Of a DNA stretch of 60,986 nt, positions 44,930 through 56,433 are shown piece by piece. Within the stretch, counting starts at the first letter, position 1. Each line of letters opens with the position of its first letter. The DNA comes from a virus (Duplodnaviria > Caudoviricetes). Location: positions 1-60,986 of the IMG/VR virus record IMGVR_UViG_3300033182_001015. One strand, given 5' to 3'. The notes below the pieces were generated by a model. It was given only the letters and a program-made list of their open reading frames with translations. It was not told where the DNA came from and did not search any database. A program made the position numbers and the translations under genes.

Positions 44930-47900
44930 ATGCCACTTAGTACAAACTTATCAGCTGCACCATATTTTGACGATTTCGATCAGTCGAAAGACTATTATCG
45001 AATTTTGTTCAAGCCCGCTACTGCGGTACAGGTGCGAGAAGTCAACCAGCTTCAAACGATTCTACAAGATCAAGTAGAACAGTTTGGCGATCATATTCTA
45101 AAAGCTGGTACTATTATCGATGGCTGTGATTTTAAATTCTTCAATTCAATGCCTTATGTTAAAATTCTTGATACAACCTTATCAGGTGCTGCTGTTGATC
45201 TGAACGAAATTAATGGTTATTTCCTTAAAGGTACCAACGGTAAAGAAGCTCGTATTCAACACATTGAACCAGGTTTTGAAAGTGACGGCATCAACCTTAA
45301 AACTTTGTATCTGAATTATACCGACGATGAAGAACTGACTCTTGAATTTGATACATTCCAAGCTGGAGAAATACTACAAGTCATCGCAAAAGATAATCGT
45401 GTTTGGTCATTTAATGTAGATGGCGGTGGTAATGTTCAAGGCTTTTCAAACTCAGATGCTATTGCGGTTGTATCAGCTATCGAAGTATCAACAGAGACAG
45501 ACAGTTTAGATTTTGCTAATACTTTCTTCGAAGGCGAACGCTTATCAAATGAAGCTGGTACTGTACAAGTACTATTGACCGATGATGCAGATTTTGCAAC
45601 TCAAACCGAAGATGGTACATATATTCTAAGAATCAAACCTGATCCTGCTTTCCAATATGGCAGCAATATCAATACTAATACGTGGCAAGATCTTGTCGCT
45701 GGCATGACTTTGACTTCTAATACTTCAGTCAATGCTATGAAAGTTGTTCGAAAAATTGGTATTGATGCGAGTGCGACGGTTGTTACAACAGCAACAGGTC
45801 AGATTGCAGAAATTGCTCTGTCAACTGCCGGCCAAGGTTATGAAGTACCTCCACATGTTTCAATTTATTCTGCTGGTGCTACAAGCCAATCAAAAGTTTC
45901 GAATCTGATTATTACACCGCAAATGTTTTATAATCGTGTAATAGTTGCAGATGCAACGAACTATGAAGATCCGGTTGGTGTCGGTTATGGTATGTCAATT
46001 GGCGCTGGTAAAATCTACCAGAAAGGATTGTTCTTAAACGTACAGTCGCAGTTTAAGATGATTTCTAAATATTCTAATACTCCTGATGCTTTGTCAGTTG
46101 GATTTGATAGTATTGAAACTGTAGTTAACGTATTTACGGATTCTACTCTCTATGATAATGCTGCTGGTTTCCTCAACCAATCTGCTCCTGGCGCTGATAG
46201 ATTAAAGTTAACTCCACAACTAATTGTAAAAGCAGAAAGTGAAGAAATCAATTCTTCTAACTTTTTCCCGATTGTCAGATTTGCAGACGGACGTCCTTAT
46301 CAACAAAATAAAGAAACGCAATATAGCAAGATTGGTGACATGCTTGCTCAGCGAACGTTCGAAGAATCTGGTAACTATGCTCTTGATCCGTTCGATGCAA
46401 CCACACGATCGATGGAAACATTTGCAGATACTGCGTCTGAATTCCAATATGTAGTTGATCCAGGTCATGCATATATTAGGGGTTATAGAATTACAACCGA
46501 AACCAATTTTGCAAAAGATGTCTCTAAAGGTTTAGAAACTTTTGCTGAAACAGAACAAGGTTTTGATGTACTTTATGGCAGCTTCTTTAGGGTCAATGAA
46601 GTTGGTGGTTTCCATAGCTTTAAGAATAATCAGCTAATTGAGTTGAGACCAAATGCTGTCAACTTCCTCTCTACATACGATGGAACTGACATTACTACTA
46701 GTACTGGTGGAACATGTATGGGTACAGCTCGTATCCGTATGATCTCACATGAAAGTGGTATTCAAGGTACACCAGATGCAGTATATAGAATTTATGTCTA
46801 TGATATTCAAATGGAACCAGGCAAACGTCTTGAAGATTCACAGTCAATATATTCACCGCAAGATAACGGCGCGCCTGACGGTATCGCCGATATTGTACTG
46901 ACGCCTGGTAATAAAGATCTATTAAGAAATGTTAGAGGCGCGGTATTTGATGAGCTATCGTTGACTCCAGTTCCATCAGCGTTTGCTGAACTGCATCAAC
47001 CAAATGATTTATCACTTGTATATGATTTAGGTGTACCAGCTAAAGAACTCACTAACTTTACCTATCGTTATCGTTCGTCAGTTAGTGGTGTATATGCAAA
47101 TACGAGTGGTGCGCTTTCTATCAGTGCTGAAGGCGGAGCAAATACTCAATTCCCATATTTCCAAGGTCTGAGCGATGTAGAAGAACACGATATTATTCTC
47201 ATTCCTGAAGATGATATCGATGCTACTTCAGCAACCTATACTGGAGTAACTTCTACTAGATTGGTTACTGGCAATGAAGTTACTGTTACTATTGTCGGTA
47301 GTGCTTCGACACCGACTACTGCCGCAACACCTTTTACAACAGCATTTAAAGTTGGTGATTGGGTAACCGACGGTACAAATAATGCATGTATCATTCGTAT
47401 CAATAGTGCATCTTCAATGACATTGACTGGTGACACTGGCTTTAATCCAAATGGTGGAACTATTAGTCGTGTGTTCCCGAAAGATGTACCGATTCAATTG
47501 GCGAGTCGTACTGATATGTCTGCTAATGTTTCTTCTGATCAACAAACAATGACAATCAATTTAGGTTTGGCAATTTCTAATACCAATTCATTCACTGTTA
47601 TTTACGATCAAGAAGTTGAAGATGAAAGATCAGCTCTTTCTGTTACTCGAAGTGCTTTTGTCAAATTGTCTACTAGCGGTACTTTCCCCAAGTGTTTGGG
47701 TATTCCAGGTATTTTCCGTCTAAAAGCTGTATACAATGGAATAGATACGAGCGCCGAAGATATTACAACTTCATTCTATGTTGATCATAACCAAAACGAA
47801 AGCTTTTATGGTTTGGGCTATTTGTATAAGCGAGAGTTTAGTACGGTATCTCTTGCATCTACTATTCTTATAGAAGTTGATGCAATCATAGAAACTACTC

Positions 47901-50266
47901 ATGGTCTAAAGATTGTTAACTCATATAGTATTCAAGATAATGTGAAGCTCGAAGAATTTGGCGGTGCAAATACTGGTATTAATACTCTTGAGATCCCAGA
48001 ATTCAATGCTACGAATGGTCGTTATTATGACCTTCGAGAATGTGTTGACTTTAGACCGATGGTAGCTAATACAGCAGATTATGCAACGTCTGCAGCAACT
48101 GCAACAACTGATCCATCTGATGTAGTCACATTCCCTACTGGTCAAATACGAGTACCAAAACCACAAAGCGACTTTACATATGATGTTACTTTCTATAAAG
48201 CGCGGCGCGATCAAATTAGTATTAAGCATGATGGATCTTTTGATATATCTATTGGTGGTTTTGAATTACAACCGAAAGAAAATGCAGATAAATTGCCTCT
48301 ATACGATTGTATCGTAGCACCCTATCCTTCATTGCCAGCAGTATTTTCGCCTGATATGAAAGTAATGGCTGAAACAGGCGTATATAATGTTACAGCTTTG
48401 GGTCAAAGAATACAAAAATATTCGAATCAAGTTCTTCGAATTAAAGAAATTACACAGGCGTATACAATGGACGAGATTGCAAATCTCGAACGTCGTATCG
48501 AAGCTCTTGAATATAATCAAAATCTATCGTCACTTGAAAATGCAGCTCTAAATAAAACTATTCAGAGTGGTGTTGATAGTACATTAGAAAGATTTAAATT
48601 TGGCTTCTTTGCAGATAATTTCGAAAATTATGATTTCTCAGATGTAGACAATGCAGCTTATGCAGCTACAATATATGAATATGTATTGCAACCAGCTTCT
48701 GGTCAAATTAATATTGAATTTGAGATTGCACAAAAATCTAAGAAATATAAAGATGGTGGTAAAGTTGTATTCCCATATGCTCGTAAGAGACTACTAGAAC
48801 AAAATATTGCAACCTATGGACCTAAACCTCCAGAACCTGTATTACCAAAAATTGAAATGGAATGCACTTTTGAAAGCAATAGAAATATGAGATCGGTTGG
48901 TGACCGGGTGGCTAAGTATATTATTCGCGACGAGGTTTGGGAAGAATTTACATTTATCGCTGCTGATGATACAGACGGTACATCAAGAAATGTAGAGATA
49001 CGCTTCTTTAATCCAAGCGGCAATATTTCATATGAAGTAATTCAAAGTCGAACTCCTCCGACCACACGAAGAGCAGAGGCTGGAAATATTGTTTGGGCGC
49101 CGACACAAGCACCAGTTCCGATTACACAGCCAACCGATGCTATCGAATTGTATAATCGATTATATCCTGTTAAGAGTAAATCAAATCAAATATACAACTA
49201 TGCTACGAATCCGTGGTTTACTCCCGGTGTGATTGGTAATGACCTCGATGTTTATCCTGATCCGACTGATGCGACTAAGACATCTTATAAAACTATGATT
49301 GGTTCAGGTAAAATAACGTTTGCTTATAATCATTTGAATGGCAAATATTTGACTGTAAGAGTACATAAAGGAGATCCAGTATTTAACTTCGAGATTTGCT
49401 ATCCTGCAACAAAAGTATATGATGAAATTTACGATCAAGGTTCTGGTAGTTATGATACTACTCCGCCTCCATGCCCGCGAGGTACTGTATTGTATAGACG
49501 TTGTCGCGGTGATGACTTATATACATACGTATGCAATGGCACAGGTGGACAAATGGTTGGTAGCGTTTCTCGTAATCATCCAAATTGTGTTACAATACCA
49601 GAACCTCCTGGTCCTCTGGACCCGCCAGACTTTAAATGTCCGCCGGCCGGTACATTCCAAGACGATAACTGTGATGGATACACTTATCGTGTGTACGAAT
49701 ATACTGGAAGATTTAAATATGGTACAATCGCGGGCGGAACACAGGTCGTCAATGAGAGTTACGCAAACTTAGGTAATTGTGCTGTAAGAGTTCGTTTGAC
49801 ACAAGTCAATTCAACAGAGTGCGGTTATGTACCAGAAGAAGATACACCTGATTGCGATACTCCAGGAGGTTATGGCGTTGTTCCAAGTCCTGGCGGCACC
49901 GATGATGACGGCTGTATTCCAAATGTAGATCCGCATTGCCCAATTGAAGGTAGTTCGGGCGATAATAATATCACACCTTCGTATACTCCTGGTGGATATG
50001 GCAACACGTCTAATCCGAGCAGAACGCCTCCTGTTACACCGACTAGTGGCGGTTACGGCGGCTCTTCTCCGAGTAGAACTTCACCACCATCACGCACTAC
50101 ACCGAATAATCCAGTCGTTGGCGGATATGGAATTAGATGGCCGTACTATACACCAAATACAACTGTACCGTCGCGTAGTTCACGTCCTACACGGCCGACT
50201 AGAAGAACACCACCGCCGCGCGGTGGTGGTAGAATTTATCCATACAAAAGATACAAGCATCGCTAA
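44930..50266 (+). CDS. Large virion structural protein, DUF4815/VrlC-like N-terminal part
   Basis: PYFDDFD..K.YYRILFKP..AVQ.RE..QLQ, APGADR, RT.EESGNY, YTM.EI..LE.RI..LEY, RFK.GFF.DNF. Confidence 0.85.
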   Translation: MPLSTNLSAAPYFDDFDQSKDYYRILFKPATAVQVREVNQLQTILQDQVEQFGDHILKAGTIIDGCDFKFFNSMPYVKILDTTLSGAAVDLNEINGYFLKGTNGKEARIQHIEPGFESDGINLKTLYLNYTDDEELTLEFDTFQAGEILQVIAKDNRVWSFNVDGGGNVQGFSNSDAIAVVSAIEVSTETDSLDFANTFFEGERLSNEAGTVQVLLTDDADFATQTEDGTYILRIKPDPAFQYGSNINTNTWQDLVAGMTLTSNTSVNAMKVVRKIGIDASATVVTTATGQIAEIALSTAGQGYEVPPHVSIYSAGATSQSKVSNLIITPQMFYNRVIVADATNYEDPVGVGYGMSIGAGKIYQKGLFLNVQSQFKMISKYSNTPDALSVGFDSIETVVNVFTDSTLYDNAAGFLNQSAPGADRLKLTPQLIVKAESEEINSSNFFPIVRFADGRPYQQNKETQYSKIGDMLAQRTFEESGNYALDPFDATTRSMETFADTASEFQYVVDPGHAYIRGYRITTETNFAKDVSKGLETFAETEQGFDVLYGSFFRVNEVGGFHSFKNNQLIELRPNAVNFLSTYDGTDITTSTGGTCMGTARIRMISHESGIQGTPDAVYRIYVYDIQMEPGKRLEDSQSIYSPQDNGAPDGIADIVLTPGNKDLLRNVRGAVFDELSLTPVPSAFAELHQPNDLSLVYDLGVPAKELTNFTYRYRSSVSGVYANTSGALSISAEGGANTQFPYFQGLSDVEEHDIILIPEDDIDATSATYTGVTSTRLVTGNEVTVTIVGSASTPTTAATPFTTAFKVGDWVTDGTNNACIIRINSASSMTLTGDTGFNPNGGTISRVFPKDVPIQLASRTDMSANVSSDQQTMTINLGLAISNTNSFTVIYDQEVEDERSALSVTRSAFVKLSTSGTFPKCLGIPGIFRLKAVYNGIDTSAEDITTSFYVDHNQNESFYGLGYLYKREFSTVSLASTILIEVDAIIETTHGLKIVNSYSIQDNVKLEEFGGANTGINTLEIPEFNATNGRYYDLRECVDFRPMVANTADYATSAATATTDPSDVVTFPTGQIRVPKPQSDFTYDVTFYKARRDQISIKHDGSFDISIGGFELQPKENADKLPLYDCIVAPYPSLPAVFSPDMKVMAETGVYNVTALGQRIQKYSNQVLRIKEITQAYTMDEIANLERRIEALEYNQNLSSLENAALNKTIQSGVDSTLERFKFGFFADNFENYDFSDVDNAAYAATIYEYVLQPASGQINIEFEIAQKSKKYKDGGKVVFPYARKRLLEQNIATYGPKPPEPVLPKIEMECTFESNRNMRSVGDRVAKYIIRDEVWEEFTFIAADDTDGTSRNVEIRFFNPSGNISYEVIQSRTPPTTRRAEAGNIVWAPTQAPVPITQPTDAIELYNRLYPVKSKSNQIYNYATNPWFTPGVIGNDLDVYPDPTDATKTSYKTMIGSGKITFAYNHLNGKYLTVRVHKGDPVFNFEICYPATKVYDEIYDQGSGSYDTTPPPCPRGTVLYRRCRGDDLYTYVCNGTGGQMVGSVSRNHPNCVTIPEPPGPLDPPDFKCPPAGTFQDDNCDGYTYRVYEYTGRFKYGTIAGGTQVVNESYANLGNCAVRVRLTQVNSTECGYVPEEDTPDCDTPGGYGVVPSPGGTDDDGCIPNVDPHCPIEGSSGDNNITPSYTPGGYGNTSNPSRTPPVTPTSGGYGGSSPSRTSPPSRTTPNNPVVGGYGIRWPYYTPNTTVPSRSSRPTRPTRRTPPPRGGGRIYPYKRYKHR

Positions 50267-50287
50267 TGCTAATAGGATTTAATCAAA

Positions 50288-53101
50288 ATGGCTAGAAAAT
50301 TTTTACCAAGAAATTTAAATACAATGAGACAGATGGGAGAAAGTATTTTCTCTATGCCGAACCGCATGAAAGGGGCGGCGATTACTCGTCCTGTTTATAT
50401 TAGAACAAACGGATTAAAGCCTAATACACGTTATAAAGTAATGTTGGATAATCATCCAGGAAATAAGTTTGAAGATATTACAGAATATAGTATTCCAGTC
50501 GGTGATTCTGTAAAAAATAATCCTAAAGTTGGTGGTAAAGCAAGAGCTACATATTTTAAGAGTGACGAAGAAGGAAGACTCGATCTAAGAGTTAGATCAT
50601 ACGGCACTGAGTCTGCATCTTATACAGTCTCTGGCGGAATGCGTTTTGATAATCTTTGGAAATATTATAGTTCTAGAACTCGTGATGATGACAGATTGCG
50701 CAATAAGGTAAAACTCATTGCATATAATCATGTTAAAAATCCGTCTAGTACACAAAAAATTAAAGAATTAAAAAATGATGTATCTGGTAGTGTTGTAACT
50801 GGAGGTACGTACGGCTATGGTACTTTGCCTCCAATCAGACCAGAAGATGCCGTACCTCCTGGTATTATATGTGACTGCACATTTGGTTTACCAGGTATTA
50901 TTAACTCTGAAATACCTATTCATACACGTGCTCGTTATTATCAAACCTTTTATGTTGATGCTGATTCTGTCGATGGTTCTGATTATTGCGATATTACTGA
51001 TATTGAACTTTTCTTTAGGCGTAAACCTGGATTTAAAAATAACAGATCAGGGCGCCGTGGGCCTGGTGTAAGGGTTCACATTCTTCCATGTAATGCTGAT
51101 GGTACTCCTCAGCTTTTTAATCGATATAGAAATGCCACGGCTCGAGCATCATGGCATCAATGTAAGGTGTCAGGTAATGCGACAGCGCCAACAGTATTTA
51201 AATTCCATAGTCCGGTTTCGGTTAAAACTAATCGCTTTTATGCAATTGCTGTACAAGAAGAAGATGACGATTATATTATTTGGGAAAATAAGAAAGGACA
51301 TCGCGAACTTATTAATGGTGTGAAGCGTGAGTCTATTTCACAGGGTTCGTCGAAAGGTCATCGAGGTCAATTGTATTTTTACAATAATCTTGTACGTCTA
51401 AGACCAGGAAAAATACCATGGAATGCGAGGCCCGAACTTGATATTAAATTTAATGTTAATATCGCTCAGTATCGTGTTAATGATATTGATGTAACTCTCG
51501 TAAATAAGCCATACGAATTTTTTAATGTATCAGCTAGTTCTAGCAATTGGGCTCCAGGCGAAAGAGTATACAAAAATGTACCCAATGCGGCCGGCACTGT
51601 TTCAATGGCACGTGGATCAAAGAAAATAGTCGGCGTTGGAACTGATTTTAGTACTCTTCGTGATGGCGAAGTCATTGCTATTACAAATTTTGCTGATGCA
51701 CAAGATACACAAATCTTTACTGTTAATCGTAGTATCGGTAGCTCGTCATCGCAAACTATTCTATATGTCAACGAATGGTCAGCGAGCACTATCGCATCAG
51801 GTAGTACATATAAAGTAACAGTTGTTGGTGAGTTAGAAATTTACGACTCTACATTCAATACGATTAGATTGGCGGATTCGAGTGTAAACTGGGATCAATA
51901 TAACTATCGAAGTGATATGATCTTTGAGCCCGGTGATACAATCGTGGGTGAAGAAACCGGTTCGACTGCAGTAATTGATGATTACAATGAATTACCAGTT
52001 TCAGTATTTAGATCTGATTGGAACGCTACATTGCCTGCTCAATTCAAACCGACAACATATTATAATCTATCAAAAGAAAATACTACTTACACTGGAAATA
52101 CAGATCAATTCTCTATTTCAAGTGATAACAAGATTTTCTATATGAATGCACCAAACCATGTAAAAAATTACGAAGGTTTGATTTTGTCGAGATCACAAGA
52201 GGTTATTCAGACAGATTCAGGTATTGTCAATACTGGTGGTTTGCGTGAACACAAATCTGCAGAAATTTTATTGAATTATCAATATCAAGGCGCTAATACA
52301 AAAGTTTATCAAGCACCTACATTGACAATTGATGAAGTTAATATGATTACGCATCGATGGTACATCAATAATGATGCTGAATATGAATATCTCAATGAAG
52401 GTAACGCAAATACTCGCCACATTTCTAAAACACTTGAATTGGGTAACGATGGTAAAGCCGAAGATATTCGAGTATATATGAATGCATACAGACCTAAGGG
52501 TACTAAGATCGAAGCGTATGCTAAGGTTATCAATTCAGCTGATCCGGATGCATTCGACGATAAACAATGGACAAAGCTTGTATTGATCAATGGTGGTTCT
52601 GAGTTCAGTAATAAAGAAGAGTTGTATGATTATCGCGAACTTGAATTTACTTGGCCTGATTTCCCAGATTATGAACTGAAGCTTGATGGTACATTTACAA
52701 CAAACGTGGGTGATACTACAGTTGTCGCTGAATCGGCAAACTCAACACAGATTGATGCTCTTTCAAGTGGTGATATCATTCGAATTTATAGTCCTCTCTT
52801 TGATGATTCATATCAATTGTTCTCAGTAAACAGTGCTAATTCATCTCTTAACCAAATTGTATTGAATGAGCCGGTAGCAAATGTGAGTCTCGAAGGTGAT
52901 GGTTTCCTTATCGAAACTGTTAAAGCTCAAGAAAGTGCATTCAGAAATCCGGATAATTACAATATTTGTCGTTATTTTAACTCGCGTGGCACTATATACG
53001 ACACATATAATAAGGTAGCAATTAAAATTGTATTGCTTGCTGAGTCTCGAAAGCTTGTGCCAAAAGTTGATGACTACAGAGTAATTGCGGTATCAGCATA
53101 A
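50288..53101 (+). CDS. Virion structural protein, DUF4815/VrlC-like C-terminal part
   Basis: GLKPNTRY, YQTFYV, I.LFF..K, HISK...L....AED..VY...P.GT.I..Y.K, P.V.D.RVIA. Confidence 0.75.
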   Translation: MARKFLPRNLNTMRQMGESIFSMPNRMKGAAITRPVYIRTNGLKPNTRYKVMLDNHPGNKFEDITEYSIPVGDSVKNNPKVGGKARATYFKSDEEGRLDLRVRSYGTESASYTVSGGMRFDNLWKYYSSRTRDDDRLRNKVKLIAYNHVKNPSSTQKIKELKNDVSGSVVTGGTYGYGTLPPIRPEDAVPPGIICDCTFGLPGIINSEIPIHTRARYYQTFYVDADSVDGSDYCDITDIELFFRRKPGFKNNRSGRRGPGVRVHILPCNADGTPQLFNRYRNATARASWHQCKVSGNATAPTVFKFHSPVSVKTNRFYAIAVQEEDDDYIIWENKKGHRELINGVKRESISQGSSKGHRGQLYFYNNLVRLRPGKIPWNARPELDIKFNVNIAQYRVNDIDVTLVNKPYEFFNVSASSSNWAPGERVYKNVPNAAGTVSMARGSKKIVGVGTDFSTLRDGEVIAITNFADAQDTQIFTVNRSIGSSSSQTILYVNEWSASTIASGSTYKVTVVGELEIYDSTFNTIRLADSSVNWDQYNYRSDMIFEPGDTIVGEETGSTAVIDDYNELPVSVFRSDWNATLPAQFKPTTYYNLSKENTTYTGNTDQFSISSDNKIFYMNAPNHVKNYEGLILSRSQEVIQTDSGIVNTGGLREHKSAEILLNYQYQGANTKVYQAPTLTIDEVNMITHRWYINNDAEYEYLNEGNANTRHISKTLELGNDGKAEDIRVYMNAYRPKGTKIEAYAKVINSADPDAFDDKQWTKLVLINGGSEFSNKEELYDYRELEFTWPDFPDYELKLDGTFTTNVGDTTVVAESANSTQIDALSSGDIIRIYSPLFDDSYQLFSVNSANSSLNQIVLNEPVANVSLEGDGFLIETVKAQESAFRNPDNYNICRYFNSRGTIYDTYNKVAIKIVLLAESRKLVPKVDDYRVIAVSA

Positions 53102-53292
53102 TGAAAGAAAGTTATGATTATGAAAAAACTAATGAAGGTATGTTTATAAATACCAATAACGATGAATATGCTCGATTTGTAATGAATAGAGAAAAAGCCC
53201 ATCGCGAGAAACATTTAGCCGAAAAAGTAAATAGACTAGAAGCTGAATTAAATAAAATCAAAAAAATACTTCAAAAACATTTAGTAGGATAG
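53101..53292 (+). CDS. Small coiled-coil protein
   Basis: INTN..EY...; conserved position after VrlC-like genes; contains TATAAATA 53145-53152. Confidence 0.7.
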   Translation: MKESYDYEKTNEGMFINTNNDEYARFVMNREKAHREKHLAEKVNRLEAELNKIKKILQKHLVG

Positions 53293-53296
53293 AATA

Positions 53297-56008
53297 ATGG
53301 CATTATTGTCAGGATTTGATCAGTTAAACGCGGCTAACAGTACATTTAGTGACTGGTTAAACAAAACAAATGAGTTGATTTTGCTAGTTCGTGGCGACAC
53401 GGTTTCTGGTCAAACATCTATTGTCACTGCAAACTCTCAGCCCGGTGGTTCTCTTACATATGGGAATGCAACTCTTTTTGGTCAAGTTTCTGCTAATGCC
53501 TTTGTAGTATTTAATGATGGAGGAGATTCTTCTAATACTCTCGTAGATCTTGAATACGGTGGCCTGAGGGGTGGTGCTTGGGATGGTATAACAAATACCG
53601 TCATCAACGATACTCTTTACGTAGTTACTAACACGAACTTTACAAGTGAAACTGGTCAAGTCAACATTCATTCTACTTATGGTCTATATGTAGAAAATAA
53701 TATTGATGTTGAAGGAGATGTGTTCTTTGTTGGTAATACTGGTTCGAACACCGATCCTCAAATGCATTGGGAATCAGATAATAATATTCTGAACTTCAAT
53801 GACAATGTTAAAGGTACATGGGGTAATGGTGATGACCTTGAGGTCTATTATACTGGAACTCGAGGAAATGTAAACACCGATATTCTCGATATACGCGGTT
53901 CGACTAATACAAACATTTTCACAGATGACTTTGAGATGCGTTCTCAAGCCAATAATGAGTTGATGTTGACAGCAAATGTCGCGAACGGTGTAGAACTTTA
54001 TTGGGACGGCATTAAGAAAGTATCTTCTAATACTTATGGTGTCGAAGTATACGGTCAAGTTCTAGCTGATAATGGATTTGTTACCTATAACAACCAACCT
54101 ATCGAGATGGGTGGCGCAAACTATGCAGCAGCCCATAATTTCACCATCGTTACTGATGGCACAGATACAACCATAACAGAAACCTCTAATGATTTGTCAG
54201 TTCGTGTTGAGGATAACTTCCGCGTCACTGACGATACTGGTGCTACTAGTCTTATCGTTGCTAATACATCTGGCGAAGTTACACTGTATCACAACAATAA
54301 CCAAAAGATGCAGACAAATGCTTACGGTGTAGAAATCACCGGTGAAGCAAATACTGGTACATTACGAGTGCGAGGAGATGCTGCATTTGATGGATCAGGT
54401 GGTTTAGATTCAGACACACTCAATTGGGAATCATCTAATAATACGCTGAATTGGAAAGACAGTGCGAAAGCAACGTTCGGTGACGGCGATGATTTGCAAG
54501 TATGGCACGATGGTACTGATTCTTGGATTACTGAGAATGGAACTGCCGGCAGCCTTTATATTCAAGCAAATAACTTTATATTAGAAGATACAGACGGCAG
54601 TAATTATATCTCAATGACAGCGGGTGGTAGTGTTGAAGTCACACATGCCGGCGCCGTCAAAATTACAACGACTGCTATTGGTGTTAATATCGAAGGCGAA
54701 GCCAACACTGATACATTACGTGTTCAGTCTACTACATTGCTCGAAGATGATGTATACTTCGATGGTACTGCCAACGATCAAATCCATTGGAATGCATCAC
54801 AAGATTATCTGCATATCAAAGATGATGTAGATATATATTTTGGTGACGGATATGACCTACGTATCTATCACGACTCTTCTAATAATGTCTCTTATATCAA
54901 AGAATCAGGCACTGGAGATTTTATTCTTCAAGCCAATAATATTCAATTAGAAAATACGGATGGTGAATCATATTTCTGCGGTATTGCTGGTCAAGGAGCA
55001 TCGCTACATTATAATAGTGTACAAAAACTTATTACAAGAAACGATGGTATAGAGGCCAACGGTATTGTAGACACTGATACACTACTCGTTACATCAACTG
55101 CAAACTTCGAAGCTGACGTCTACATCGATGGTTCTGCTTCGAACAACGAATTACATTGGCATGCATCATCTAATACGCTTCATATGAAGGATAATGTCAA
55201 GCTTGTACTTGGTGCACATGAAACATTCGAAATGTACCACGAAGGTGCAAACACCTATATGATCGAGAATGGATCAGGTGACTTTGTACTACAAGCTAAT
55301 AACATTCAAATCGAAGACACAAGCGGCCAAGCATATTTCTGCGGTATTGCAGGTGCTGGTAGTTCTATCTATTATAACGGTGATCAAAAGTTAATCACTA
55401 CCAATATCGGTGTAGACATTACTGGTCTTGTTCTTGGTGATAGTCTTCAGATCGATGGCAATGTAGATTTAGGTGCATCGAATGCACACTCAGTCAGTGT
55501 ACTTGGCGAGTTCGATACTAATCTTATCTCAAGTAATCAAGCAAATGTTGGTTCGAGCGTTGCTCCATGGGATTGGGGTTATTTCAACGATATCAATGTA
55601 GCTAATACTGCGACTATCCTCAATCTCGAGGTAACCTCGCTCGAAGCAAATGGTGTCGCATTGACTGGTACAGGTGGAGATGTGACAACTACATCTGCTA
55701 CAGAGATTGACGCTATTGATTTGCAGTCTTTGAATAAGACACAAGGATTTAAATACTTTGTGCATGGTAAAGATTTGGCCGATTCAGATTCAGGTTATGC
55801 TGTTGAGATTAACGTTATTATTACCGATAACGACGACATCTACTACACACGATATGGTGAAGTAGAAAGTAATATGTCAGACGTATCGCTTGTTCCAGCA
55901 CTCGCAGCAAATACTACTCACGTAGTATTGAATGCTACATGTGGCTCTGCATCAGGTACAAATATACATAGATTTAATGTGATGAAGATTGAGACGAGAG
56001 ACAACTAA
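53297..56008 (+). CDS. Tail fibre / receptor-binding protein with internal repeats
   Basis: TF.DW..KTNE N-terminal anchor; repeated GDGDDL.(I/V)YHDG..SYI.E.G.G...LQANN units. Confidence 0.8.
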   Translation: MALLSGFDQLNAANSTFSDWLNKTNELILLVRGDTVSGQTSIVTANSQPGGSLTYGNATLFGQVSANAFVVFNDGGDSSNTLVDLEYGGLRGGAWDGITNTVINDTLYVVTNTNFTSETGQVNIHSTYGLYVENNIDVEGDVFFVGNTGSNTDPQMHWESDNNILNFNDNVKGTWGNGDDLEVYYTGTRGNVNTDILDIRGSTNTNIFTDDFEMRSQANNELMLTANVANGVELYWDGIKKVSSNTYGVEVYGQVLADNGFVTYNNQPIEMGGANYAAAHNFTIVTDGTDTTITETSNDLSVRVEDNFRVTDDTGATSLIVANTSGEVTLYHNNNQKMQTNAYGVEITGEANTGTLRVRGDAAFDGSGGLDSDTLNWESSNNTLNWKDSAKATFGDGDDLQVWHDGTDSWITENGTAGSLYIQANNFILEDTDGSNYISMTAGGSVEVTHAGAVKITTTAIGVNIEGEANTDTLRVQSTTLLEDDVYFDGTANDQIHWNASQDYLHIKDDVDIYFGDGYDLRIYHDSSNNVSYIKESGTGDFILQANNIQLENTDGESYFCGIAGQGASLHYNSVQKLITRNDGIEANGIVDTDTLLVTSTANFEADVYIDGSASNNELHWHASSNTLHMKDNVKLVLGAHETFEMYHEGANTYMIENGSGDFVLQANNIQIEDTSGQAYFCGIAGAGSSIYYNGDQKLITTNIGVDITGLVLGDSLQIDGNVDLGASNAHSVSVLGEFDTNLISSNQANVGSSVAPWDWGYFNDINVANTATILNLEVTSLEANGVALTGTGGDVTTTSATEIDAIDLQSLNKTQGFKYFVHGKDLADSDSGYAVEINVIITDNDDIYYTRYGEVESNMSDVSLVPALAANTTHVVLNATCGSASGTNIHRFNVMKIETRDN

Positions 56009-56421
56009 TGGCTAACGCTATCTACAATAAATATAAAGAAGCCTTATTAAAGGGTGATGCTGATATTGCTCTCGATGATGGCAACTTGAAAGTTGTATTA
56101 CTAAATACTGATAATGAGCCATATATGTCAACAGATCAGTTTTATGGCGATGTGAGTTCATTAGCCAATACAGTGATAGCTACTGCAACTCTTGCAAATG
56201 TCAGTGTCACAGACGGTGTATTTCAATGTGATGATGTAGATTTTGGTCCAGTTACTGATAGCACAGAATGTGAAGCACTCTTATTTTACATTGATACTGG
56301 AAATACAGTTACAAGTAGATTAGTCGCATATATGGATACGAATATCGACGGATTACCCATTACTCCTGATGGTTCAAATGTAGAGATTACATGGAGCACG
56401 TCAGGAATATTCAAACTATAA
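56008..56421 (+). CDS. Small structural protein
   Basis: Y...KE.LL, LK.VL, LP.TP.G..V.ITW...GIF.L pattern of phage tail proteins. Confidence 0.65.
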   Translation: MANAIYNKYKEALLKGDADIALDDGNLKVVLLNTDNEPYMSTDQFYGDVSSLANTVIATATLANVSVTDGVFQCDDVDFGPVTDSTECEALLFYIDTGNTVTSRLVAYMDTNIDGLPITPDGSNVEITWSTSGIFKL

Positions 56422-56433
56422 GAAGAGATAGAA

